This document shows, piece after piece, positions 26,495-38,429 of a stretch of 64,000 bases of DNA. This DNA is from Okamejei kenojei (lineage: Eukaryota), in contig CM069153.1 in NCBI GenBank assembly GCA_035221665.1, positions 32,550,001 through 32,614,000 of the forward strand, in the 5' to 3' direction. Position numbers and translations under genes: made by a program. Below the pieces are notes generated by a model, which was given only the letters and a program-made list of their open reading frames with translations, was not told where the DNA came from and did not search any database. Every line of letters begins with the position of its first letter. The stretch's first letter is position 1.

Positions 26495-26904
26495 ACGATA
26501 CGATAGAACTTTATTTTTTCCCCAGGAGGGAAATTGGTCTGCCAACAGTCATAAAACACAAGATACATGGAACAGGAAATTAAAGTGACGAGTGGAAAGG
26601 ATTGGGGGGGTGCAATGATTGATGGGGGGGGGGGGGGGGGGGGGGGGGGGTGAAGGGGAGTCAGTCTACCCCATAACAAAGGGGGGGGGGGGGGAGTTGT
26701 ACCATTTGCTAGCCACAGGGGAACTGTGGCATTCTGTACTTCATCTTGGTGGAACCAGACTGTTGCTGAAGGTGCTCCTCAGGTTGACCAGTGTGTCATG
26801 GAGGGGGCGAGCTGTATTGTCCACGATGCTCCACAGTTTGAGGAGCATCCTCCCCTACATGTCCATTCCCCTTGAATCCAACTTCACCCCCAGGACAGAG
26901 CCAG
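26495..26904 (-). mobile_element. Rex1/Babar LINE 3' fragment (second subfamily)
   Basis: Minus-strand GSVLGVKLDS...RMLLKLWSIVDNTARPLHDTLVNLRSTFSNSL; short (atcgt)n tail. Confidence 0.75.
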
Positions 26905-27024
26905 TCTGCAGTAGAAGCCAACCAGTAGTGGCTAAAAAAGTCTTTAAAAGCAGGCATGGACGCAGATAGATTAGACCCTCACAGCCCAAGGTAGGCAGGC
27001 TGGTGATATCCCCAGATCATCTGT

Positions 27025-27297
27025 GTTTAGTTTAGTTTAGAGATACACCGCGGAAACAGGCACTTCGGCCCATCGAGTCCGTGCCAACCGGCGATCACCC
27101 TGTACACTAACAATATCCTACAATTTACAATTGTACCAAGACAATTAGCCTACAAAACTGTACGTCTTTGGACTGTGGGAGGAAGCCTCTGAAAAAAAAA
27201 CCCGCGCAGCTCACGGGGAGAACATACAAACTCCTTACGGACAGCACCTGTAGTCAGGGTTGAGCCCGGATCCCTGGCGCTCTACGGCTGCGCCATC
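27025..27297 (-). mobile_element. V-SINE (HE1-like)
   Basis: (gttta)n tail, CR1-derived 3' end and V-domain. Confidence 0.85.
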
Positions 27298-27989
27298 TAT
27301 TTCTAAATGTTATAATTAAACGAAAGAACAGACTCAAAGGGCTGAGGGCTTGCTCCAATTCCCACGCTCAGACACCCTCCAGAACCCGACCCACCTGCTC
27401 GGATAAGAAGAAACAGATAAAAAGTCAAAGTATAATAACAAGGGCAAAGAAAAATAATCATAGCAAAACATCAGTTATTGCAAAGCAAGCCACTCACTAA
27501 TCTTCGAAAAAAATCTCTTTGCACTCGAAGGAGGATGTTTGATGTAAAGGACTTGGGAAATCAATTTGTAAACCTTTAATTTGTCATGATGAGACTGCAG
27601 GGCGGGGGCTGGAAGACGGCACGTGGACTTGGTGCTGTTCCAAGGCATCGGGGACAGCCGAGCGCCCCCGATTCCCGTCCACAGAAGGTACCTCACTCGC
27701 CCAGACAACTGGCAGAGCTTAGGAATGCAGAGACCCAACCCAGCCAGGCCGCACCCGTCCCCGAAGCCAGAGGCAGCGAGCAGCTGGTGCCAACAGATCC
27801 CCTCTCCCGCACTGATAACACAATCCGGCGAGCGCTGCACTCACTCCCATGCCTGAACCCCGGAACTTCGGCAGTGTTAGGGAAATGAACAGGAAGTCGC
27901 AACTGCCCGCTTTATCATGATCCACAGACGAGTCCCTGTACCTTGTGGTCATCACTTCCGAAGAGTCCACCACGGACTATACTGGAAAC

Positions 27990-28217
27990 GGGGCAATTTT
28001 ATACTGAACACTGTTTACATTTATCAAGCCAATTAACCTACAAGCCTGTACGTCTTTGGAATGCGGGCGGAAACCAATGATCTCGGAGAAAACCCACGCA
28101 GGTCACGGGAGAACGTACAAACTCCGCACAGACAGCACTCGTAATCGGGATCGGACCCGGGCCTCCGGCGTTGCATTCACCGTAAGGCAGCAACTCTACG
28201 ACTGCGCCACCGTGCCT
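27990..28217 (-). mobile_element. V-SINE lacking its 3' tail
   Basis: Head ggcacggtggcgcagtcgtagagttgctgcc and V-domain. Confidence 0.85.
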
Positions 28218-28227
28218 AATGTTATCC

Positions 28228-28630
28228 AGGGGACAAGAGACTGCAGTTGCTGGAATCCTGAGCAAAATACAAGTTACTGGTGGAACTCAGTGGGTCAGGC
28301 AGCATACTTAGTTTAGTTTAGAGATACAGCGTTGGAACGGGCCCTTCAGCCCACCAAATCAGCGATCCCCGCACACCAATACTATCCCACACACACACAC
28401 TAGTTACAATCTTTACCGGAGCCAACTAACCTACAAAGCTGTATGTCTGTAGGAGAACGTACAAACTCTGTACAGACAGCACCTGTAGTCAGGATCGAAC
28501 CAGAGGCTCTGGTGCTGTAAGGCAGCAACTCTACCTGTGGAGAAAAATATTTTTTTAAAAACTTTTAAGGTCTGCCTGTCCATTTCCCCCACAGATGCTG
28601 CCTGACCTGCATAGATCCTCCAGTCATTTG
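28228..28630. mobile_element. Penelope terminus remnants flanking a V-SINE (28308-28535, minus)
   Basis: gactgcagttgctgg...ctcagtgggtcaggcagcat, then the SINE, then cagatgctgcctgacctgc. Confidence 0.65.
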
Positions 28631-28984
28631 CTTTTTTGAACCTTGTCCGATATAATCTTCATCTAGAGTGGATTGTGCTAGATGTGATGCCCCACTGGTC
28701 AAAAGATTCGCCTCTGAAGCATGGCCATGATGGCAAGGTGTATGCAGTTAGGGGCCAGGTGCAAGCGTATTGTCACCAAACAAAGCAGGAATGAGCCACT
28801 GGTCTCCTCTAGCTTGCTTCACCATTCAACAACACAGCTCACCTGCTATCCCCACATCACCATCTTGAACAGATGACCCCTTATTCGGAATTCATATCTA
28901 TATTTACTTTCACACATCACCAATTAGTCTCCATGAAGCCCGTGATCTACAGTGCCACACTGAAGTACTAACGGTTGATGTATT

Positions 28985-29222
28985 TTCATGTGATCAGAGC
29001 AGAATTAGGCCATTCGGCCCATCAAGTCTACTCCACCATTCAATCATGGCTGATCTATCTATCCCTTTTAATCCCATTGTGCTGCCTTCTCCCCATAACC
29101 CCCGACACCCGTACCAATCAAGGATATCTATCTATCCCTCCCTTAAAAATATCTATTGACTTGGCCTCTACAGCCTTCTGTGGCAATGAATTCCACAGAT
29201 TCACCGCCCTCTGACTAAAGAA
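28985..29222 (-). mobile_element. CR1/HER1 3' end
   Basis: agcagaattaggccattcggcccatc...gaattccacagattcacc. Confidence 0.85.
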
Positions 29223-30156
29223 CTAATGGCAGTTCAAGAGCAGCAGTGCTGGAGGGATCTGCGGGACCTCAAGGCCCACCCATATCTGCCTGCAGACTCC
29301 AGGCAGCATGTGGCACATTGCTGGCAGGCCACAGTCTCCGCCGTAAATACCGACAGATTCCTAAGCAATCTGTTGCAATCAGTGCCCCAGAGCATCGCTG
29401 CAAACACTGACCACTCCCAAGGAACGTTCTTCAAAAATCACACATACTCTACAATCCCTCAACCCACACACCACTCCCAAACCACTCTTTCCCTCCCCCC
29501 TCATAAATATCCCCATTTCCAGTGAACAAATAAATATTTAAGCACCCTCAGGTACATACAGTGCAAACACTTCACCAAGTTGGTAGACTGGTTGCAGAAA
29601 AGTAGGCGAGTTATACAGAAGGTAGGCGAGACTACTATCGAAGATCCAGCTCTCATTTCACTACACCCACCACAAATACCGTGCACCCCTACCCCACACC
29701 AGCACATGGGATGTGAATGGTTAGCTGTGACAGTACCGGACCTGCACTGGGAGTGGAGCGACGAAACCGCAGGCAGAGTCTGCATTACTCAGACTGAAAA
29801 TAACACTGCGATTTCCTAGTCCGATCTCCCCTCATTTATATTTATAAGACATAACTTCAACGGCTGCTGCTGCTGGGGTCATCAAACTATGTGAAAATGA
29901 CAGCACAGGGAGCAGCTGGCATTAATGTGGCAAGGGATGATTCAATGCAGAGGCAGACAATTCCTCAGTTGTTGACGCTCAGCAGAACTGTCAAGTAAAT
30001 GATTTGAGAGCAGAGAGCGGGCCAATGCTTTAACTCATGCACTTCACTGGCAGCAGTGCCGCGTGGCATCAAACAGTACACTTCAGTACCACCCTCTCAT
30101 CATTGGTAACTGCTGAGACCAGCCAGTCAGGTGCCATACCTACAGAAGAAAAATAA

Positions 30157-30312
30157 GTGTAAGAAAGAACTGCAGATGCTGGTTTAAACCAAAGATAGAC
30201 ACAAAAAGCTGGGGAAGCTGAAGAAAGGTCTCAATCTGAAACATCACCTATTCCTTTTCTCCAGATATGCTATCTGACCTACTGAGTTATTCTCAAGCTT
30301 TTTTTGTCCATC
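30157..30312. mobile_element. Fold-back Penelope terminal-repeat remnant
   Basis: Minus terminus gtgtaagaaagaactgcagatgctgg joined to plus ctgaagaaaggtctc...ctgagttattc. Confidence 0.7.
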
Positions 30313-30449
30313 GACAGAAGAAAAGTGTTTGTTTATGGGAAGTTTATGGGGGAAAAATGAGCAAGTACAGCGAGCAAAAACGTAATCATGGACACAGTCA
30401 CCCACAGGGCCCGCTCCTGTGATGTACAATTCCACAAAGGTATTCTGAA

Positions 30450-30732
30450 CGAGGATTAAAGGACGTTCTTTTAGGAAGGAGACAAGGAGAAACTTCTTTT
30501 GTCAGAGAGTGGTGAATCTGTGGAATTCTTTGCCACAGGAGGCCGTGGAGTCCAAGTCAATGGATATTTTTAAGGCAAAGATCGATTCTTGATTAGTACA
30601 AGTGTCCGGGGTTATGGCGAGAACGCAGGAGATTGGGGTTAGGGGAAGGGAGAGATAGATCAGCCATGATTGAATGGTGGAGTAGACTTGATGGGCCAAA
30701 TGGCCCAATTCTACTCCTATTCCTTATGATCT
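30450..30732 (+). mobile_element. CR1/HER1 3' end
   Basis: cagagagtggtgaatctgtggaattctttgcc...gggccaaatggcccaattctactcctat. Confidence 0.88.
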
Positions 30733-30936
30733 GATCCAGAATGTCTTGCCAAATTGCCCCAAGGCCATTCTCTTGAACACAATCAGCTCATAAGCTGACT
30801 GAACTGTAAGGAGAGGGTCCCACAATTTTGACCCAGTTACAAAGGACAGTCAAGAATGTCATTGGATACATTAAAATACATTAAATGCCAATTGAGTAGG
30901 TGGCTTTGTCTTGGGTGATCTTTGATATGCCCCCGG

Positions 30937-31190
30937 GTTTAGAGATACAGCAGAGAAGCCCATGCCGACTAACGATCACCCTGTACACTAGGTCCATCCC
31001 ACATACTAGGGGCAATTTACAAAGGCCAATTAACCTACAAGTCTTTGGAACGTGGTAGGAAACGGGAGCGCCCGGAGAAAAAACCCATACGGTCATGGGG
31101 AGATTGTACAAACTCCGCACACACAGTAGCCATAGTCAGGATTGAATCAGGATCTCTAGTGTCGCAAGGCCACTACCACTACTGTGCCAC
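30937..31190 (-). mobile_element. V-SINE
   Basis: gtttagagatacagc tail and V-domain. Confidence 0.75.
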
Positions 31191-32992
31191 CCTAATACTG
31201 TGGACGTTGAGGATGGTGGAAATGTCTCCATGAGCAAGGACAGAGTGACTCAATGCAGATATCTGACCTTTGAAATGTCCCTGCCGTCAGGCAAGGCTGG
31301 TCAATTTCCTTTCCAATTGTGTCTCCCATAAAAGGGATTCTTCCATACTTATTCTGGCACAGGCGGAAGCCAACTCCCACCACAACAATCCCGCCAGTCC
31401 CAGGCCCCTTCCTTCCCTGTGGACCTACAACTTATTCTCTCTCACATTCCATCAACACCTTGGATTCTTTCGCCATCCGACTACACAAAGGACAATTTAC
31501 TGTGGGCACAGACACAAAACGCTAACATTGTGCGTCTATCTTCGGTTTAAACCAGCGTCTGCAGTTCCTTCCTGCACCTTTACTGCGGGCAGTGGACCTC
31601 CCAGCGTGTCATTGGGATGCGAGTGGATTCCAGACCACCGCAAAGCAGGTGAGAGGGAACCCACGTACTCAGGGAGCAGTACTAACTGCTGCAACGCCCA
31701 TCAGCAAAGGAGTTGCCATCAGGAATTATGGGGAAGGTGCTACACTGTATTTTGCTGGTTGCTTATTGTCTTCCCCTTCCACATTCAAACATTAACTATG
31801 TCACAAATCAGGCCACGTATGAATATTGCTCATGTCACCTATGGGCACGGCCACAGAATCATCACGCGAAATACAAATCAAACCAAACCTTTTAATCAGC
31901 AGAAAATATGCTGACTTCTGGCTTTATGGTGGAGAGTGGATCCCTCCTGAAGCAGGTGGTGATGATTGGGCCTGCGACACTGCACAGGGAATGCAGTAGT
32001 ACACATGCTGCAGTGATGATGGTGTGTGGAAATATTACAGAAGCTCCATGGATCGCTGTGGCACTGACCTGTACTATAGGCATGTTGGATACAAAGGACA
32101 AAGTCCTGAAGTTGCTTCAACGGATGGCCAAGGCAACAAAGTTAAAACAAAACAGAACATTAACAAAGAACAAACAAAATGTGCAACCTTGCAATTAGAT
32201 TAAAGCCTCCCGGCCTTACTGACATCACGTACAACAAGATGCAATTAGGCCTTGCAGCTCGTATGCTGCCTCAATTAAATGTCCCTGGATGAAACAGAAT
32301 TGCTTCCAAATCCCTCAAATGAAAAGTGACCATTTTAAAATGCAAATTCTCCTTGACATTTGAAAACAACTCAATTTTTCATGAGGGTGTCAATGCCACT
32401 TGGTACAACTGGTAAAACCGACCCAGTACATCATACAGGACCTGGCTCTTAATCATCTTCCCTTGGCCTCCATTGTACTTACAGACAAGGGTCAAATCAT
32501 GGAGCTGACCCATTCATTGCGTTGACAGCAGGCAGTGCGCACCATTCTGGTCAAAATTGGGCATTTGAATCATGGTACGTGTGCCCACTGTGTGTTACCA
32601 GAGTACGGCATTTGGAGATGGAAGAGAAAAACTTAGCCAACATATTATAGAAAGGTTAATTTGTGACGATAATATCTGGATGCTTACACCGAATAATAAA
32701 TGACAAGAATGTAAATGATGACAAAGGGTTAATATTAAGGAATTGTCTTCTTAGAAAACCATATTAAAACTCTCAATAACAATAATAAAACAAATAATTC
32801 ATAGTGATGAAGGCTCGAGCAGTAACAAAACACAGACTGGAAAGGTATGATCAATACCAGTGATATGAAGGAACAAGATTGTTGCCCCATATTCCAGTCT
32901 ACAACAGTGCACAGTGACACATGGGACACAGTGAGGCGCAGGAACGGGAAATAGCCACAAACAAATGAGGTTGAATGAAGGTAGAACCTCCA

Positions 32993-33293
32993 GGGCGCAC
33001 AGTGGGGCAGCGGTAGAGTTGCTGCCTTACCGCGAATGCAGCGCCGGAGACCCTGGTTCGATCCTAACTACGGGTGCTGTCTGTACGGAGTTTGTACGTT
33101 CTCCCCGTGACCTGCGTGGGTTTTCTCCCACACTCCAAAGACGCACAGGTATGTAGGTTAAGTGGCTGGGTAAATGTAAAAATTGTCCCTAGTGGGTATA
33201 GGATAGTGTTAATGTGCGGGGATCGCTGGTCGGCGCGGACCGGGTGGGCCGGACGGGCCTGTTTCCGCGCTGTATCTCTAAACTAAACTAAAC
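32993..33293 (+). mobile_element. Young V-SINE (HE1-like) with small internal deletion
   Basis: tRNA-like A/B boxes, V-domain, CR1-type tail (taaac)n; possible TSD aacctcca/aacctcaa. Confidence 0.92.
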
Positions 33294-34160
33294 CTCAAAC
33301 AAAAATGTGGTCTCAACCATGAGATCAATCAGTTACCATCACCGTCTCCGTGTCTAATCAGAGATGCTGACTCGCGGCACTGTGCCCCATTTCTTCCCAG
33401 GGATACTTGTTCTCGTTCCTCAGCACTCATCCAACAGGGCAAATGCCAATGAATAATTGTCAACACACGACATGAATGCACTTATTATCTCTCCATGGGT
33501 GCTGCCTGTCCAGCTGGGTATCTCCCATGTTTTCTGTTCATCTTTCAAGCTCGTGCAAGTGATTTCATGCTTGCGATTCACCAATTACCAACACTTGCGC
33601 GAGAGATTTCACTTGAGCCCAACATTCGCACTTCACAGCAGAAGAGTCAGCAGATGCCACGAACAAATGAATTTGACTACAAGTATTACAATGAGCAACC
33701 TACGCAATTGGGAGCAGCAGCACAGATTCAGAAAAAACATCAGGGCGTTCAGAGTTTACATCAACATAGATTTTATTTTCCTTTTTCTAAGAACTGTGGA
33801 AACCAGGCTAAACTATGGTTTAGTGCATCTTGAGTACATCACCTCATTAACAATTCACCCAGCACAAAGTCTGTAAGTGAGCAGACAGTCACCACAATCA
33901 AGTCGACTCATGCCCCGACACCAAATACACACATCCTACAGCGATCACTGTGGGAGCTCTTAGCTATTTACACAGTTACAATTGGAATTCACTGCCCCTT
34001 ACCCGCTACATACTGAGAACACACAGCATCCATCGCCAACACTGTAGAGTTAAGGGCCTGTTCCACTTGGGCCGTCATTTACGCGACAGGCCGGTAGTGA
34101 CCGACATGCGACGGTCCCGCGCGTCATCATCGGTCCACACAGCCGTCTGGAGAGCGTGAT

Positions 34161-34645
34161 AGAAACATAGAAATCAGGTGCAGGAGCAGGCCATTCGGCC
34201 CTTCGAGCCTGCACCGCCATTCAATATGATCATGGCTGATCATCCAACTCAATATCCTGTACCTGCCTTCTCTCCATACCCCCTGATCCCTTCAGCCACA
34301 AGGGCCACATCCAACACCCTCTTAAATATGGCCAACGAACTGGCCTCAACTACCTTCCGTGGCAGAGAATTCCACAGATTGACCACTCTCTGTGTGAAAA
34401 ACGATTTTCTCATCTCGGTCCTAAAAGACTTCCCCCTTATCCTTAAACTGTGACCCCTTGTCCTGGACTTCCCCAACATCGGGAACAATCTTCCTGCATC
34501 TAGCCTGTCCAACCCCTTAAGAATTTTGTAAGTCTCTATGAGATCACCCCTCAATCTTCTAAATCCCAGCGAGTACAAGCCGAGTCTATCCAGTCTTTCT
34601 TCATATGGAAGTCGTGCCATCCCAGGAATCAGTCTGGTGAACCGG
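34161..34645 (-). mobile_element. Young CR1/HER1 3' fragment
   Basis: Uninterrupted RFTRLIPGMARLPYEERLDRLGLYSL...GYGEKAGTGY*; (tttctatg) tail; gtgat on both sides. Confidence 0.93.
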
Positions 34646-34660
34646 TGATGTAATTTGAAG

Positions 34661-34845
34661 ATAGACACAAAATGCTGGGGTAACTCAGCGGGACCGGCAG
34701 CATCTCTGGAGAGAAGGAATGGATGATGTTTCGGGTCGAGACTCTTCTTTAGTCTGATGAAGAGTCTCGACCCAAAACATCACCCATTGCTTCTCTCCAG
34801 AGATGCTGCCTGTCCCGCTGAGTTACTCCAGCATTTTGTGTCTAT
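34661..34845. mobile_element. Near-perfect fold-back Penelope terminus (~90-bp arms)
   Basis: atagacacaaaatgctgg...gagactcttc followed by ctgatgaagagtctcgaccc...cattttgtgtctat. Confidence 0.9.
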
Positions 34846-35394
34846 TTACAATCGGCTTGGCCCTGCTCTGGGAGTAGGAGTGGGAGGTGGATCCGGATCC
34901 GCAACGGTCGTGAGCCCCAGGCCGAGCTTGGCGATCGTTTGCCTGCTTCTGCTGCTGTTGGAGGTGAGACGTTGCGCCGCGCCAGGGTCTTGGGCCTGTC
35001 CCACTTTGGCCGTCAGTTACGCGACAGGCCGGTGATGCGTGAAGATTTAGTTCAGGACAAAGTCCACGTTCCTCTACGCCACTCCACACTCCTCCACGTG
35101 CCCGTCCCGCGCTCCCCACGCGCTAGCAGGTCGCGTAAATGGAACGCAAATGACAGCCAAGTGGGACAGGCCCTTTAGTTTAGACACTTCTCTACGAGCT
35201 GGGAGAACATTACCTGCTATTTACTGCTTGGTTCAGCTGTTGGAACTATTCACTGAAATAGGATATTAGAATGATACCCAGCCCAATGCCGTTTCCATGG
35301 CAACCGCCTCCAGTATTTAGCAGCCGCCAACATTTCTGACCTTCAGGGAACGGTTTTCCTTTCACCTCAGCCCGGGAAACTTATTTCACAAGGT

Positions 35395-35690
35395 AATGAG
35401 GTAGTGCTGTCTTACATAGGTGCCCGAAGTTGGAGCACCTGTCACCCTCTCAGGTGATTTCATTGAGGTGGATCTGGATGGGTTCTGGTCAATATTTATT
35501 CCTCAACCAAGAACGAAAGGACAGATAATGTGGTCATTAAGACACTCCTATTTGCGTCACCATGCGCTATCACAATTGTCTTTTATTTCTACTACAACAT
35601 AATTGAGTGGGTACACCCAGAGGATTTTGGTCGCTTTGTGGTACTTGAGGGACAAGAGGTCTTGCAGGACACTATCTCAAGTAATTTGGA
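35395..35690 (+). mobile_element. DeuSINE (SacSINE1-like) relic
   Basis: tctggtcaatatttattcctcaacc...acagataatgtggtcatta resembles the remembered Deu-domain consensus. Confidence 0.55.
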
Positions 35691-36874
35691 GCAGTAGTCC
35701 TCCTGCGTACCAGTTCCCCAATCAGCCACAAATATATCCACCTCGTGAACTAGCCCCAACCATACAGCCTCCATAACCTTCCGGGGCTAAAGAATTCCAA
35801 ACGTTCACCACCCTCCACAAGAACAAGTTCCTACGCAGCTCCATGTTACAACTTGTCCCCTTGTTTGAGATTCTCCTACTAATGAAAACCTGAACATCAA
35901 TGTGATCATGTTTGGAAATCGAAGCCTTTATACTTCTTGCTTTCATATCTGGGGCTAGTGAAGGTTAACGATGATAAAGGCAGGCCGGACGTGGAGGCTG
36001 GTTAGTTGGACCCGCCAGGAGACTCCTGGCCAGACAGTAAAGCACAGGACACACGTTTGCAATTCCCTCAGACGAGAGGCCCGAGCTATACCAAGGGGAG
36101 CTTTCACCTTTTCCCACTGCCAACCACGCTGCTGTCCAGCTGCAACACAACCCTGGACAAATCCAGGGATCAAAGATGAGGAGGTAACCCAATCCCACAT
36201 CAGAAGGAACTAGCAACTCGCCTCACCAACCCACATAGAGAACAAAACAACGACTGATCATAGCATTGAGAAACAATTACAACACCACATATCCCAGGAT
36301 GTTACAGTCAAACCCACTTACTATACACGTTCTAGTTAACATTCAATGACCAGAGCCTCAGGGTTGAAACCAATCCCTCCCCTCAACACATAGGTTCCAC
36401 CCGGTGTACAACCATGTCAGCACCTCCCTAACTGCTCTTGCAAGGCAGCAAGCCGTCTTCTTGCACATGTAGCAGAGCAGTATGGAGATTTTGACCCAGC
36501 CATTATGTAGGTTGCATTTCTCAATCAACACACTACGTGAAGGGAGTTGCAGTTAATGATGCCCGCATGATGACGTGTGGTGCCGTTGCTGTCAGGTCGG
36601 CAGTTTGTTGAGGGTGTGAAACGCAAACTGGAGCATCAGGGAAAACATGGGAGAAGGTGCAAGCAGCACATAGACAGCATCCGAGGTCAGGATTAAACTT
36701 GGGTCTCTGGCTCTGCGAAGCAGTGACTCTACTTGCTGCTCCACTGTACCGCCAGACGAACTGTATGTCTAAGCTGCCTTTGTTGGTATTTTGGCAGCTG
36801 TACCCGACCAGGCAAACATCCCATCCCACTCCAGATCTACACCTTGCTTATGGTGGAGACATTGCTGGTAATTG

Positions 36875-37590
36875 GACAGTGGCACCCATAACGGCTGCCT
36901 CGCCAGCAGTCTGTCTTGTTCCTTTTCTGTTTTTATTATTTTAAGTATGTCTTGTTTGTTTGTTTTCATGTCTCTTGGTATGTTTTATGCGGGGGGTGAG
37001 GGGGGGGGGGGGAAATTGGGGGAAACGTTTTACTTTTTCCAGTCACTTACCTCGACAGAGATGCGATCTTTCTCCATGTCGCATCTCCGTCCTCCCTGTG
37101 GCCTACAACGTGGATTGGTGCGGCCTCTCCTGGAGTCCGGCCCGGAGCTTCAAAGCGCGGGTGCAGCACGGACTTACTGGGATCTCTTATCGAGGTTGGC
37201 CAGTGTTGGAGCTCCGACCGCGGGGCCTGTGGACTTTAACACCACGAAGCCGCAGTCTCCAGTAAGAAGAGGCCGACTCGGGAGCTCCAGTGTTCCAATC
37301 CCTCCCGACGCCAGAGTTTCGATCATCCCGACGAGAGGGCTCGAACAGCGGACTGTCGGCAAGTGCCCCGTTCAAAGGCCCCGACCATGGGTGAACAAAG
37401 GAGGAAGATGACTGAACATTATTGCCTTCCATCAGTGAGGAATGTGGATTACACCGTGGTGGATGTCTATGTTAAACTTTATTTTATGTGCTGTGTGGAT
37501 TTTTGCTTTTTACTTAGCATGGCTGTATGATCACTCAAATTCCACTGTACCTTAAATTGGTACACGCAACAATTAAATTGAATCTTGAAC
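36875..37590 (+). mobile_element. CpG-rich non-coding interspersed element with Rex1-type tail
   Basis: Shares ttgccttcca..cagtgagga...gtggt.gatgt with 55350-55405; ends aattaaattgaatcttgaa. Confidence 0.6.
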
Positions 37591-37779
37591 TACTCACTGC
37601 AGAATACAAAGACACTGGGCCTTCATACCATGTTCCTTCATCAGAAATGTTATGGTTAACCAGGCAATCGTTCTACATCAGCCTATGAAGCAGGTTAACT
37701 TGGAACTTCATTTCACTGTTCTATCTGAAATAGATAACAATAAAACATTCTTGCCTCGTGAACTTTTAATCAACCCTAC

Positions 37780-37960
37780 TTCTCCGCCTATTTCTTTTGC
37801 ATATCTTTAATTCATTGTCCTATATCAGCATCTATATCTCTAATTTCCCTTTCCACTGACTCTCAGTCTGAAGGGTCTCGACCCGAAACGTCATCTATTC
37901 CTTTTCTCCAGAGATGCTGTCTGACCCGCTGAGTTACTCCAGCTTTTTGGGTCTATCTCC
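37780..37960 (+). mobile_element. Penelope 3' terminal fragment
   Basis: cagtctgaagggtctcgacccgaaacgtca...gagttactccagc. Confidence 0.8.
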
Positions 37961-38429
37961 GCCACTTCTGTTTAAGTGGGAGTCGGCTGCCCTGTTTCAC
38001 ATTTACAGCGGCCAATTAACCTACTAATCCTCACATCTCTGGAATGCGCAATGGAAATGTGCTCCTGCTGAGGTCACTGAACCAAAGCGGCCACAGGAAA
38101 AACTAAAATCATTGGATCGAAAACCTTTTTTGCCCTTTGGGTGGTAGGATGCAAATTTGTGGCTACAGACTCCCCACAGTCTATCTTTTCACGTTGGAGG
38201 TAATACCCAGTAAAAAGAGAGGGGGAAAATGGCACGAAGGACACAGTCACAAGGCTGAGAGGCTAACGTAGAAGGGAAGCAACTGTAATGAACAGTCTAA
38301 CAAGGAAAAATTCAAGAACTATAACTGGCGAAGTGTGGGGGATGAGTAGTGCACAGGGAGACTAAACTGAGAAACAGACAATGAAAGATACAGGCAGGAG
38401 CCGCATTAAGCCAAAGTTCAGGAGAGAGA

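Larger units (their letters stand above)
34053..35174. mobile_element. PIF/Harbinger-like non-autonomous DNA transposon hosting nested CR1 and Penelope insertions
   Basis: TIRs agggcctgt(t/c)ccacttgg...gtcattt at both ends; TTA at 34050-34052 and 35175-35177. Confidence 0.8.

Noticed and set aside
31270-31914. 214-aa ORF
   Set aside because: Non-ATG start, runs through a Penelope terminus fragment (~31515-31575), no protein-like features.
32993-33075. tRNA-like sequence
   Set aside because: It is the tRNA-derived head of a V-SINE, continuous with the V-domain; not a tRNA gene.
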